Positions 1 to 9,681 of a DNA stretch of 64,000 nucleotides are shown here, piece by piece. The stretch's first letter is position 1. Every line of letters starts with the position of its first letter. The stretch lies in contig CAVSPA010000004.1 in the NCBI GenBank assembly GCA_963729715.1, positions 96,001 to 160,000 on the forward strand. Reading direction: 5' to 3'. The notes beneath the pieces are model-generated. The model was not told the DNA's origin and searched no databases. It worked only from the letters and a program-made list of their open reading frames with translations. The translations under genes were made by a program, and so were the position numbers. Source of the DNA: an uncultured delta proteobacterium (GTDB taxonomy: Bacteria > Desulfobacterota > Syntrophia > Syntrophales > UBA2185).

Positions 1-1201
1 CAATTTGTTCGATCATTAATGATTCGTAATGATTTATCATCATCTGAGCGCTGAATTTCTGCTGCACAAAAAGATAGCCATTATCAGCCAGTTTGTGGGA
101 AAGGTCACTGTCGCTAAGCAGGAGGCTTATGCTCGCTTCAAGTTTAGTCATATCTCCCGGCGGAATTAAGAGGCCATTGAATCCGTTTTTCACGATCGAT
201 GCGTTTCCGCCTATATTAGTTGTGATGACCGGTTTCTTGCAGGCCATTGCTTCGAGGATGGAAAGAGGTAAACCTTCTTTTCTCAATGTGGGCAAGACAA
301 AAACATCGGCTGCATTTATATGGTCAGGCAGCAATTCAATATCCACCATGCCTGTGAATGTTACGCGGTTGTTTATAGCCAGATGAAAGGCCATTTCTTT
401 TGCTCCTTCAAGAAAATCGCCGCCGCCTACAACGAGGAGACTCACGTTATTGTCCTGCGCAGCAAGGGAAGGCAAAACCTTAAGCAAAAGGTGGAGGCCT
501 TTTTGAGGCGTTACGTGACTCATAAACAGAACTATCTTTTGACCTGATAATTGAGGGTATCTCTTGATGAGACGCTGCTTGGCTGTCGGGTCGGGCTCAA
601 AATGGTCTGTGTCAACGCCGTTATAAATGGTCTTGATCCTATCCGGTTTCATGAAAAACCATTTGTGAAAAGAAGATGTAACTTCATCTGCCGGTGTGAT
701 GATTATGTCGCTTAGTCGAAAATTAGGTAGCTCCCACACCAGATAGTGATAAAGGAATGATGTTATACTCCTGATTAAGATTGTCGGGTGATGTTTAAAG
801 TTCAGGAATCTATTTAACTCCGATAGCATCACCCATCCTTCGTGCGCCTGAATCAATGTGATGATGGGAGTATTCGACCTGACTTCCTTCGAGAAAGGGG
901 GGAAAATAGGTTGTTGTGAACAAATGATATCAAATCTAACTGCGTCGTTTAGAGCATTAAACTTCTTCAGGCTTTCCTTTCTCCAACCCTTTCGTACTGA
1001 ACCAAATTCTGTGTTTGGTAGATAATATATCTGAATGTTGCCTTTCTCTTCATAGGCTATTCCTGATGGATGACGGGAAGAGATAACGGTAATTTTATGA
1101 CCACGACCTGCCAGACCTTCAAGGAGCAATTTGCCAAAAATATCCATGCCTCCTCTGAGTCCATGCCAGTATGTGACAGATGAAAAGAAACAGACATTCA
1201 T
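1..1201 (-). CDS. Glycosyltransferase family 4 (GT-B); 3' end runs off the window
   Basis: Not in the ORF track because there is no stop in the window. I translated both ends by hand from ATG 1201: MNVCFFSSVTYWHGLRGGMD...RGHKITVIS, and in the same frame DVFVLPTLRKEGLPLSILEAMACKKPVI, the GT4 Ex7E motif. Confidence 0.85.
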   Translation of the reverse strand, partial: MNVCFFSSVTYWHGLRGGMDIFGKLLLEGLAGRGHKITVISSRHPSGIAYEEKGNIQIYYLPNTEFGSVRKGWRKESLKKFNALNDAVRFDIICSQQPIFPPFSKEVRSNTPIITLIQAHEGWVMLSELNRFLNFKHHPTILIRSITSFLYHYLVWELPNFRLSDIIITPADEVTSSFHKWFFMKPDRIKTIYNGVDTDHFEPDPTAKQRLIKRYPQLSGQKIVLFMSHVTPQKGLHLLLKVLPSLAAQDNNVSLLVVGGGDFLEGAKEMAFHLAINNRVTFTGMVDIELLPDHINAADVFVLPTLRKEGLPLSILEAMACKKPVITTNIGGNASIVKNGFNGLLIPPGDMTKLEASISLLLSDSDLSHKLADNGYLFVQQKFSAQMMINHYESLMIEQI

Positions 1202-1258
1202 TATTTTATAAAGACCTCGCAATGGGAATTGATGTAAGGGGGATGGTGCATATGAAAT

Positions 1259-2224
1259 CTATCTTGTATTGTGCCAATTCCAGGCGGTTTCTATAATTGT
1301 TGATAGATCAGTATAGTTAGGCTTCCAGTTCAAAATCTGTTTTGCCTTATCTGAGCTTCCGATGAGAACCGGCGGATCTCCGGCCCTCCTTTCCGAGGAG
1401 ATCGCTTTGATGCCCTTCCCGGTGACACGTTTTGCAGTTTCGATGACTTCTCTAACGGAAAAGCCTTTTCCATTGCCCAGGTTAAATGAATCGCTTTTTC
1501 CGCCATTCATCAAATATTGCAACCCCCTTAAGTGGGCATCTGCCAGATCTGTGACGTGGATGTAGTCGCGAATGCAGGTCCCATCCGGAGTATTATAATC
1601 TGTACCGAGTATCTTTACGTCTTCCCGTTTGCCTTGGGCCGCATACAAGACCAGGGGAATGAGGTGGGTTTCGGGGTCGTGCTTCTCACCGATTTCACCG
1701 TCGGGATCAGCTCCGGCTGCATTGAAGTATCGGAGGTTTACGTGGCTGAGGCCGTATGCGCTATCAAAGTCTCTCAGGATTTGTTCCACCATGAGTTTGG
1801 TCTTGCCGTACGGGTTTATGGGATGTTGTAGATGGTCCTCCGTAAGGGGAATGGCAAGGGGGACGCCATAGGTGACGCAGGAAGATGAAAAAATGCAGTG
1901 CTTCACGTCAAATTCTCTCATGACGTCGAGGAGATTCAGGGTGTTTGCGACATTGTTGTGATAATATTTGGATGGATCAACCACCGATTCGCCTACATAA
2001 GCATAACCGCTGAAATGCATGACAGCCTCGATGGAATATGTCCTGAAGCAGCTCCGCAACTGTTCTTTGTTAGCCAAATCGCCAAGAAAAAAATTACCCC
2101 ATTTTACGAATTCGTGGTGTCCGTAAATAAGGTTGTCAAACACGATAGTTTTATAACCGTGCTGGCATAAGAGTTTGTTGGTGTGAGAACCAACATAACC
2201 CGCACCACCTGTAATTAGTATCAT
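1259..2224 (-). CDS. galE: UDP-glucose 4-epimerase
   Basis: TGGAGYVGSH Rossmann motif, YGKTK catalytic YxxxK, LRYFNAAGAD, PETHLIP and DGTCIRDYIHV. Confidence 0.93.
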   Translation of the reverse strand: MILITGGAGYVGSHTNKLLCQHGYKTIVFDNLIYGHHEFVKWGNFFLGDLANKEQLRSCFRTYSIEAVMHFSGYAYVGESVVDPSKYYHNNVANTLNLLDVMREFDVKHCIFSSSCVTYGVPLAIPLTEDHLQHPINPYGKTKLMVEQILRDFDSAYGLSHVNLRYFNAAGADPDGEIGEKHDPETHLIPLVLYAAQGKREDVKILGTDYNTPDGTCIRDYIHVTDLADAHLRGLQYLMNGGKSDSFNLGNGKGFSVREVIETAKRVTGKGIKAISSERRAGDPPVLIGSSDKAKQILNWKPNYTDLSTIIETAWNWHNTR

Positions 2225-2353
2225 AACGTCTATAAAGTTTGTATGTCTCTGATCTTAAATTATTGGTCTGTTTGAGGAGGTCTTTTTTTAAGTTTTTAGT
2301 TTCTCAGCGCACGCCGCTATGTAACACATCATAAGAAACAGATATTCAGTATA

Positions 2354-3013
2354 TCATGAATGACATTCAACGAAGATAGTACTGCTGCAAAGTTGAGGAA
2401 AGTTTTCTGCGAGAATTCTAATACGGTTTCCATAGCCCCAATAGCGACTGGTAGATAAACCTGCTTGAGATAATCTTTCCTGCAGGCTGGAAAGAACAAA
2501 GGCGTGGATGTGTTCAGGGTTGAGGACTTCCGGATGGGGTAAGGCTCCCACCAGTAATTGAAGACGAAAACGCCAGTAAGCCAAATTGGGAACAGAGATC
2601 AGCGCCTTGCCGCCAGGCTTAAGAACCCTTTTGATTTCTTTTAGAACATGAGTGACGTCGTAGACGTGTTCAAGGAATTCCATGCATATTACGGCGTCAT
2701 AATATGCGTCCGCAGCGGGGATGTCTTCAATGTCAATATTTAATTGCCATGATTCATCTAAAAAACTTGACGCGTGCTCAATGGCTGTCTTCGAGAAATC
2801 TAAACCGTGAATTTCAATTTGTGGAAGGTCATCCTTGATCTTTGCAGCTAGATACCCGACACCACATCCAATATCTAACAAATTCTGCGGTTGGCGCGCT
2901 GCGACCCAATTCCTCGCAATTTTAATCCTGGGAAGCGCATTAAACTTCTCCATTTCGTTCAATGAACTACGCCAGTTCCGATCATGCAATAATTCAGGTG
3001 CTGATTCTTTCAT
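2354..3013 (-). CDS. Class I SAM-dependent methyltransferase
   Basis: LLDIGCGVG motif I; EFLEHV and LKPGG...ISVPN, typical of glycan-locus methyltransferases. Confidence 0.85.
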   Translation of the reverse strand: MKESAPELLHDRNWRSSLNEMEKFNALPRIKIARNWVAARQPQNLLDIGCGVGYLAAKIKDDLPQIEIHGLDFSKTAIEHASSFLDESWQLNIDIEDIPAADAYYDAVICMEFLEHVYDVTHVLKEIKRVLKPGGKALISVPNLAYWRFRLQLLVGALPHPEVLNPEHIHAFVLSSLQERLSQAGLSTSRYWGYGNRIRILAENFPQLCSSTIFVECHS

Positions 3014-3031
3014 AGTCTCCTGACGATCTCT

Positions 3032-4027
3032 CTATAAATCCTTCATTTTCTTTGCGAGCCACTCTTCATCTTTTGTCTCTTGGATAACGCGTAGAATACG
3101 TGCCGGCATAAAGTGCTTGACGATTCTTCGTACAGACCAATACTTATCCCTTTCCTCGCACCTGTTGCATATAAAATCGGGTGGCAAATTGCGGCCATCG
3201 TAGATTTTTTGCAGAGTCTCGAGGAATCGGTCGCCATTCCATACTTCATCTATGGTTGAGCTGCTTAAGTTGCCTAATATGATCTCTTGCGCCATGTCAT
3301 GGCAGCACAGGAGAACGTCGCCCTTAAAGGATACCACCATTTCATAGAATGGTCTTTCGGTGCGGCATCCTGAAATCCTTCTTCTTGGGACCATATTAAT
3401 CTCGCTGACGAGTCCAGCCCTCGACAAGGCCTTATCTATGATTACGGTTACATTCCTGGATCGCCAGAAAGAACGCATTTTGTTTTCTTCATCAGAATCC
3501 CAACCAAAAGAAACAGCATTTATGCGGATTCTGTTTGTGGGGAATTTCTTTAATAGATAGTCAATATTCTTCATGGTCGTATCATAGTCCAGATGCATAA
3601 TGCTCTCGTAGGTCTTGCGGCTTATTCCATGAAAACTGATATTGAAAAATCCATTAAAACCGATTTCAACGAGAGAATCCACAATGGCAGGAACCAGAAG
3701 CGATGCGTTGGTATTGAAATAGATATGTATATTCCTGTCCATGGCATACTTGGCCCACCTTGCAATGTCTTTTAAAATAAAAGGCTCACCCATTTGGCAA
3801 TATCCCAGGACGCCTGTGAAATCGTGTCGATCCATCAAGCCTTTATAATCATCTATAATTTTTGTATATAAGTCCCATGACATGAAACCCATAGGGTTCA
3901 CTTTGCTCAGTTGGGGGTAAGGGCAGATCCGGCAACGCGCATTACAATAACTGTGAAGATCAAGCAGGAGACTGCTTGGATAGGGGCGACGTTTCGATAA
4001 TTGTCCTTTGAGATGCTGCATCATCAA
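3032..4027 (-). CDS. Radical SAM protein with C-terminal SPASM/twitch domain
   Basis: CNARCRIC (CxxxCxxC), GEP motif, C-terminal GC...GDVLLCC...GNL...VWNG...CNRC. Confidence 0.88.
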   Translation of the reverse strand: MMMQHLKGQLSKRRPYPSSLLLDLHSYCNARCRICPYPQLSKVNPMGFMSWDLYTKIIDDYKGLMDRHDFTGVLGYCQMGEPFILKDIARWAKYAMDRNIHIYFNTNASLLVPAIVDSLVEIGFNGFFNISFHGISRKTYESIMHLDYDTTMKNIDYLLKKFPTNRIRINAVSFGWDSDEENKMRSFWRSRNVTVIIDKALSRAGLVSEINMVPRRRISGCRTERPFYEMVVSFKGDVLLCCHDMAQEIILGNLSSSTIDEVWNGDRFLETLQKIYDGRNLPPDFICNRCEERDKYWSVRRIVKHFMPARILRVIQETKDEEWLAKKMKDL

Positions 4028-4230
4028 TTTAACGATCGGTTTTTTTCGTAAAGGATTGTTGGTTCATCCGACTGCTGCGTGCGTATAGATGATAATATTG
4101 AATCTAACCTTGACTGACCTTCATACTGTTTGACAATAATTGTTTATCAAAAGTGGCGATTACGGATTAAAATAGAGTACGTAAAGCTGAGGAGCGTGGG
4201 CAACAGCGGAGCTGAGCGTCCGCACATTCT

Positions 4231-5091
4231 TCAAAAAAATGGTTGCCACTCTGTTCCGTGCTTGGGCGCCGATAGTTTTGTAGGCTGCACAAGATGCTTC
4301 TCAATTACGACGACGTAGGGATAGAAGTGGATTGAGTGGATCGATGCCTGAAACTGCGATATACTACTCTCGAGGAGGGAGCCTGATATTATGTTCGTGT
4401 CATTTAACTCATGGACAAGGCTTGTTCCAAAAGCAGAAAAGTTGTTAAATTGTCCATGAACATCCTCACACAAATAAACTCCTCCGGGGCGAAGGTACAG
4501 CAACATTTCTTCCAGAGTAATCTGCTGCTGCTCCGGCGTGTGACCACCATCATCAATCAGGATGTCTATACCTTCTACACTTTTCCTGAAAGTGCTCCAA
4601 AAGGCCCTATCCGCTTGGTCGCCAATAAAGACAGAAACGTGGTCATTTTCATATGCTTTGCATGCTTCCTCAATATCTACTCCGTATATGTAACTTTTTC
4701 CTCCAAAATAGGATCGCCACATTTCAAGGCTTCCACCACTACAGATACCAATTTCCAGGACATTCACCTTCTGACCAATAAACCGCGCAAAATGCCGGTG
4801 ATAAATGTCGAAGTAGTGCTCCCATTTCCAGATACCATGGCCTTCCTTATGCTTCTGAAAATACTCCCAAAGTGGATTTATCGACGAAAAGGCAGGGGCG
4901 TCTGCTTTTGTGGTATTATCTGTATATGCGCGTGAAAATCTATGGCCACTACAGCCGAAAGGTACTGTATTGACTACTTGGTAAAACACTCGTGGATCCG
5001 TCGCTATGGCCTTCAATAAACGATGAACACTTCTGAGATATCTTTTCACTTGTCCTAATCCTTCTGGTGTTTTTTGCCGCCGCCTTGCCAA
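4231..5091 (-). CDS. Class I SAM-dependent methyltransferase (sugar O-methyltransferase-like)
   Basis: VLEIGICSGGSL, GVDI, IGDQ, DILIDDGGH and GGVYLCED motifs; start uncertain (TTG). Confidence 0.82.
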   Translation of the reverse strand: MARRRQKTPEGLGQVKRYLRSVHRLLKAIATDPRVFYQVVNTVPFGCSGHRFSRAYTDNTTKADAPAFSSINPLWEYFQKHKEGHGIWKWEHYFDIYHRHFARFIGQKVNVLEIGICSGGSLEMWRSYFGGKSYIYGVDIEEACKAYENDHVSVFIGDQADRAFWSTFRKSVEGIDILIDDGGHTPEQQQITLEEMLLYLRPGGVYLCEDVHGQFNNFSAFGTSLVHELNDTNIISGSLLESSISQFQASIHSIHFYPYVVVIEKHLVQPTKLSAPKHGTEWQPFF

Positions 5092-5112
5092 CGCGCACGG
5101 AAGATTTTCATC

Positions 5113-5946
5113 TTAGACAAGTGCGCATGGGCCTGAGGATCCCGATTTTTTTACTTTGGCTCCCCTTAATGAATATATTACCATCAATAAAATGTTGCTG
5201 AAAAGATAATAGAAGAAAAAAATAACGAGAAACAGATCAATGAACTTCCCTATGAAAGCAATGAGAAGAATTATGTAATGTGTTTCACGAACGCGAAGAT
5301 TGTGATTAATAACGCGGATGACTTTAGCTATGCCATAAGCTGCATCCGGCGTATCCTGCCGGACATTCAAGTGAGGCGCTGATGTATTTTCAGAAACACC
5401 CAGCGCTTCCCATGCGGGCCTTAGTAGGCTGTCAAAGGTCTGCTCGATATATTGCAACCATATATAAAGAAAACCGGTTAAACTGCCTATAATAAGCCAG
5501 GTAAATTCGGGAACTGGCAAAATCTTCTGAATCAAGAGATACTCTGGATTGCGAAAAGCCATTACACCGACTACGGCCCAAAAAATAAAGTCAGTGATGC
5601 AACCACAAATTGAATCCAAAAACCTTCCGTAAGGGTTTTGCGTTTTCATTGTTCTGGCGATGTCACCATCAACACAATCCAGGAGATTAAAAAGCCAAAG
5701 TAGGCCTATTCCAGCTACTAAGAATTTTTGCCCCCCACTCATAAGAAAAAGACAACCTGCAAATCCTACAACACCGGACAGCCAGGATACAGCCTCTGAT
5801 GTTAAACCAATCCTGATTGCCAGCCATGTAATGAAAAAGCTGACTGGTCGGAATATGAACGTGTTTACCGGCAATAATCGCTCATAGTCATGTCTTACTC
5901 TATGAGCTTCACGAATTTCCTGAAGTGTCGGCAGAAATCTTGTCAT
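5113..5946 (-). CDS. CDP-alcohol phosphatidyltransferase family membrane protein
   Basis: DCVDGDIAR...PYGRFLDSI fits the CDP-alcohol phosphotransferase signature; several TM segments. Confidence 0.85.
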   Translation of the reverse strand: MTRFLPTLQEIREAHRVRHDYERLLPVNTFIFRPVSFFITWLAIRIGLTSEAVSWLSGVVGFAGCLFLMSGGQKFLVAGIGLLWLFNLLDCVDGDIARTMKTQNPYGRFLDSICGCITDFIFWAVVGVMAFRNPEYLLIQKILPVPEFTWLIIGSLTGFLYIWLQYIEQTFDSLLRPAWEALGVSENTSAPHLNVRQDTPDAAYGIAKVIRVINHNLRVRETHYIILLIAFIGKFIDLFLVIFFFYYLFSNILLMVIYSLRGAKVKKSGSSGPCALV

Positions 5947-6644
5947 TTTTTAATTGCCTCCAGAGCGATGCCTCCGCAAAAATATTCTCCGAATAGATAT
6001 TTGCCAATGATTGCTCGAATAAAGAGTCGTTTCCATGAACGGGAAAACTGCTTTTCATTAACGTAAAAGTTTATCCGCTTGAATCCAGCCTGATTCAATA
6101 AAAAGGAAAGGTCCTTGCGGGTAAAATAATGCAGGTGCCCGCCGCCCCAGACGAAATCGTCGATTGTCGTGCGGGGAAATGATCCATGGAAAATTAACGT
6201 ATGCAGGTTTCTGAAGTATCTTATATTGGGTGTGGTCAATACTAATCGTCCAGATGGTTTTAGAACTCGCTTGATTTCCGCAAGAATCCGAAGCGGATTT
6301 ATCATGTGTTCCAGAAATTCGAGGGCCGTTACACATTCGAAGGAATCGTCTTTGTAGGGAACGTATCCCTCATTCAGATCGGCACATAGAGACAACATCC
6401 CCATCTCCTTTGCCTCACTCAGGGCATTCAAAGAAATATCGCAACCATGTATTTCTTCGTATCTATCAATTGCTATTTCCATGATGGAGCCATCTCCGCA
6501 TCCGATGTCTAAGAGCCGTTTCCCTTTGCTTAAAAGCGGTTCAATTGATTCGAGTATTTCATTGGGCGACTGATCGGACTTAACGGCTTTCGTCAATAGG
6601 CGATTCTGCCAGTATGTGTCGTACAGACTTTTGAATCGTGCCAT
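5943..6644 (-). CDS. Class I SAM-dependent methyltransferase
   Basis: LLDIGCGDG, EFLEH, LKPSG..VLTTPN; overlaps both neighbours, suggesting translational coupling. Confidence 0.85.
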   Translation of the reverse strand: MARFKSLYDTYWQNRLLTKAVKSDQSPNEILESIEPLLSKGKRLLDIGCGDGSIMEIAIDRYEEIHGCDISLNALSEAKEMGMLSLCADLNEGYVPYKDDSFECVTALEFLEHMINPLRILAEIKRVLKPSGRLVLTTPNIRYFRNLHTLIFHGSFPRTTIDDFVWGGGHLHYFTRKDLSFLLNQAGFKRINFYVNEKQFSRSWKRLFIRAIIGKYLFGEYFCGGIALEAIKK

Positions 6645-7567
6645 TAATTATTCCATAGCCATTCAGGGCCTCTGTCTGTTCTACCTCGGCGATAATCTAT
6701 CATTGCAGTCATATAGGCGCGTGCTTTTCTGATGCGATCACGGTCATTAGACTTAAGAAGGAGCCAGGCAATATCGCGAAAGAAACCGATGTGGAGTTTG
6801 GTCAAGGCATTGGGGGAATGCAGTTTGGCCATCAACAGGTGGCTCCTGGTTTTATGATATGCCCTGAGTGGTGAATCCATGCCGCCCGTCGAAACAGAAA
6901 CTTTGTGCCATATTTGTGACTGGGGTACTACAAGTCTCTTGAGTCCTGCTTTCTTGGCACGCAGCCCCCAATCTACGTCCTCCCAGTATAAAAAAAATCT
7001 CTCATCCAGAAGACCGATTTTTTCAATAACAGCCTTTTTGATCAGCAATGCACAACCCGTAATGTAATCAGAATCAATAAGATCTGAAGAGACTTCATCA
7101 TCACTGCCGGCAGTTTCATGCGATTTAATCATACACGAATCCGGGTCAAAACGAGCCCCCGCAAACCATATTTTTTGCGGTTCAACGAAGTAGTAAATAG
7201 TGGGCCCGACAATTCCTATATCTGTTGATCTTTCTGCCGTTTCCAGAAGAATACTTAAGAAATCCGGTGAAACTACAGTGTCGTCATTCAAGAGAAGAAT
7301 ATATTCTGCTCCCCGCTTTAGAGCATCCCGGATACCTATATTATTTCCGCGGGCGTAACCGAGATTCTCCTGTGTGTTGATTGTTTGTAAAGAGCTTTCA
7401 GTAATTTCATTCCGGGGCGCAATATTGAGGGGTAAACTCGAACCATTGTTGACAACAGTAATGTCATAATCAGGATATGATATCTTTTGAGAAGATTGCA
7501 GACATTCGCTCAATATGGAAAAGTTTCTGAAGTGAAGAATAATTATATTAACTTTAGGATTATGCAT
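6644..7567 (-). CDS. Glycosyltransferase family 2 (WbbL/rhamnosyltransferase-like)
   Basis: NLGYARGNNIG, LLLNDD, ITGCALLI, GLLDERFFLYWEDVDW. Confidence 0.9.
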   Translation of the reverse strand: MHNPKVNIIILHFRNFSILSECLQSSQKISYPDYDITVVNNGSSLPLNIAPRNEITESSLQTINTQENLGYARGNNIGIRDALKRGAEYILLLNDDTVVSPDFLSILLETAERSTDIGIVGPTIYYFVEPQKIWFAGARFDPDSCMIKSHETAGSDDEVSSDLIDSDYITGCALLIKKAVIEKIGLLDERFFLYWEDVDWGLRAKKAGLKRLVVPQSQIWHKVSVSTGGMDSPLRAYHKTRSHLLMAKLHSPNALTKLHIGFFRDIAWLLLKSNDRDRIRKARAYMTAMIDYRRGRTDRGPEWLWNN

Positions 7568-7818
7568 GATGAGATGAAGCTGCCATATAACCCATGATTC
7601 AATCCTTCACTGCAACCCACAATTCAAAACCTTTGTGTAATTTCAATGTTAAATTTTTTGCCTGTCTTGATGCTTACTTTTTCAGGCATTTTATCGGTTT
7701 CTAAGTTTTTGTAGAAGAAAAAAGCTCTCTGACAACTTTTGCTTCTCCCGCGATAGCCCCGGAGAGGGGGGGCTGTTTTCCCCTGTGTTGCAACAATCAT
7801 CTCCCGCGGCAGTTTCTG

Positions 7819-8778
7819 TTATCGATTATTCCAGTATTCCAGCATGTCATCCAGGCTTCTATGCAAATCGTATTTTGCCTCCCAGGCTAGTTCTTTTCTT
7901 ATTTTTTCATTTGACCCAATTATTATCCGATTGTCGTCAGGTCTTATTAATTCTTCATTTACCTTCGCTGTTATTTCTATGTTTAAATTCCTTGCCATGA
8001 GGGCAACTATCTCTTTTAAAGATATCCCGTTCCCACTGCACACATTATATATTGCACCTTTCTTGCCTTTATGAAGCAACAGGTAATACGCAGACACTAC
8101 ATCTCTGACATCCAAAAAGTCTCTAATTATTGATAAGTCCCCTACAATGAGTTCACCCTTATTTGAGCCTCTTTTTTTTATCCCAATTAACTGTTTGGCA
8201 AATGACGGTATAGCAAATGTCTCCCTTTGCCATGGACCGAGATGATTAAAAGAACGGGTTATAACAATGTCCGTTCCATATCCAGACACATAGACTTTTG
8301 ATAGAAGTTCCTGAGCGCATCTCGCCACAGCATAGGGACTAACAGGCTTCAGCTCGCGAGTTTCCTTTAATGGTACATCATTGACATCCACATTTCCGTA
8401 TTCCTCGGATGAACCAACAGACAAAATACGTGTCTCAATATTCAGTTTTCTAATGGCTTCTAACAAATTAAGAAATATGTTGGTATTATTTTGAAAACTC
8501 AAAATAGGTTCTTTCCAACTGAACGCAACACTGCTGTAGGATGCAAGATGTAAAACGTAATCAGGTTGGAATTGGGAAAGAAGATTTTCAATCTTATCCT
8601 TGCACAAAAGGTCGACTCTTTCGAATTTCCACTTAACAAACTTATAATCTTTTTGATCTATTTCCGGATATTTGAAATCTATCCCCAATATTGATGAATG
8701 AATTTCACCTTTTTCGAGGAATTCAATGAAATGTCTTGCAACAAAACCAGAAATGCCGGTTATTAAATACTTTTCCAT
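7819..8778 (-). CDS. NDP-sugar epimerase/dehydratase/reductase (GDP-6-deoxyhexose, Rmd-like)
   Basis: YLITGISGFVA, HLASYSSVAFSW, SSEEYG, PVSPYAVAR, RSFNHLGP, RDFLDVRDVV. Confidence 0.8.
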   Translation of the reverse strand: MEKYLITGISGFVARHFIEFLEKGEIHSSILGIDFKYPEIDQKDYKFVKWKFERVDLLCKDKIENLLSQFQPDYVLHLASYSSVAFSWKEPILSFQNNTNIFLNLLEAIRKLNIETRILSVGSSEEYGNVDVNDVPLKETRELKPVSPYAVARCAQELLSKVYVSGYGTDIVITRSFNHLGPWQRETFAIPSFAKQLIGIKKRGSNKGELIVGDLSIIRDFLDVRDVVSAYYLLLHKGKKGAIYNVCSGNGISLKEIVALMARNLNIEITAKVNEELIRPDDNRIIIGSNEKIRKELAWEAKYDLHRSLDDMLEYWNNR

Positions 8779-8921
8779 TTACTTTTCTCTTCTTGAAATA
8801 TCAGCATGACAATACGGTATTTAATAACAGGAGACAATGCATGAAAATACGCATTCTCACTTTCACAAACAACGCTATTGTTATGATTCTTACAAACATT
8901 TTAGATTTAGAGTTATAGCGG

Positions 8922-9671
8922 TTATCTTTTTAATACCATGCCCTGTCCTGTGGGCAAAGACACGATCTCTTCAGGTTTATCTTGAAAAAAAGAATCCATC
9001 GCAGTCTTAGCACCCGGACATGTGATGAACCCATAGTCATCGCAGAGAATAATCCCTCCTGGGTTCGTTCGCGAGTAGAAAAATGTCAATGCGTCTCGCG
9101 TGGGCTGATAAAGATCAACGTCCAGATGAACGAAACAGAAGCGCTTGGTTTCTACCTCATGGAACTTTTCCGGTATCCAGCCCTTGTGACAAACGACATA
9201 ATCAAATTCCCGCAAATATTCCATGAGAAAAGCCTCATTGACAGCCATGCCACCTTCTGTCCAGTGAGTGCCGTCTTCAGGGCCAGGCATTGATAATCCC
9301 TCAAATGAATCGAATACATGATGCATTTTACCGAGCCCGACTATCCGTCGGCAAATCAAATAGGATGACGCCCCTTTGAAGGCTCCGCATTCCACTGTGT
9401 CACCGGCAACAGTTATAACCAATTTCATCAACTGGTCAAGCGTGTATTTACGGTCGAGGGAATGATAATTGTCCGTACCACAAAAATGTTCATAGTATCG
9501 GACGAAATCATCGTCGTACTCGATCAGTCTGCCAAATTCACTAAACTTGTAACGCGGATATACTTGCCGTGACAGTGCCTCGGCCAGGACGTACCTTGAT
9601 CGTTCATCGCGTTTACGTAAAAAATTTACAAAATATTTAATGCCCGCAAGCGTTTTTACTGCTAATTTCAT
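8922..9671 (-). CDS. TylF/MycF/NovP-like O-methyltransferase
   Basis: GDTVECGAFKGAS, FDSFEGL, KGWIP, FVHLDVDLYQPT, GGIILCDDYG. Start moved to ATG 9671 to avoid overlapping the upstream gene. Confidence 0.85.
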   Translation of the reverse strand: MKLAVKTLAGIKYFVNFLRKRDERSRYVLAEALSRQVYPRYKFSEFGRLIEYDDDFVRYYEHFCGTDNYHSLDRKYTLDQLMKLVITVAGDTVECGAFKGASSYLICRRIVGLGKMHHVFDSFEGLSMPGPEDGTHWTEGGMAVNEAFLMEYLREFDYVVCHKGWIPEKFHEVETKRFCFVHLDVDLYQPTRDALTFFYSRTNPGGIILCDDYGFITCPGAKTAMDSFFQDKPEEIVSLPTGQGMVLKR

Positions 9672-9681
9672 AGTGGTAATT

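Noticed and set aside
7753..7773. GC-rich hairpin AGCCCC...GGGGCT between the epimerase and GT2 genes
   Set aside because: There is no U-tract on the coding (minus) strand, so I did not call it a terminator.
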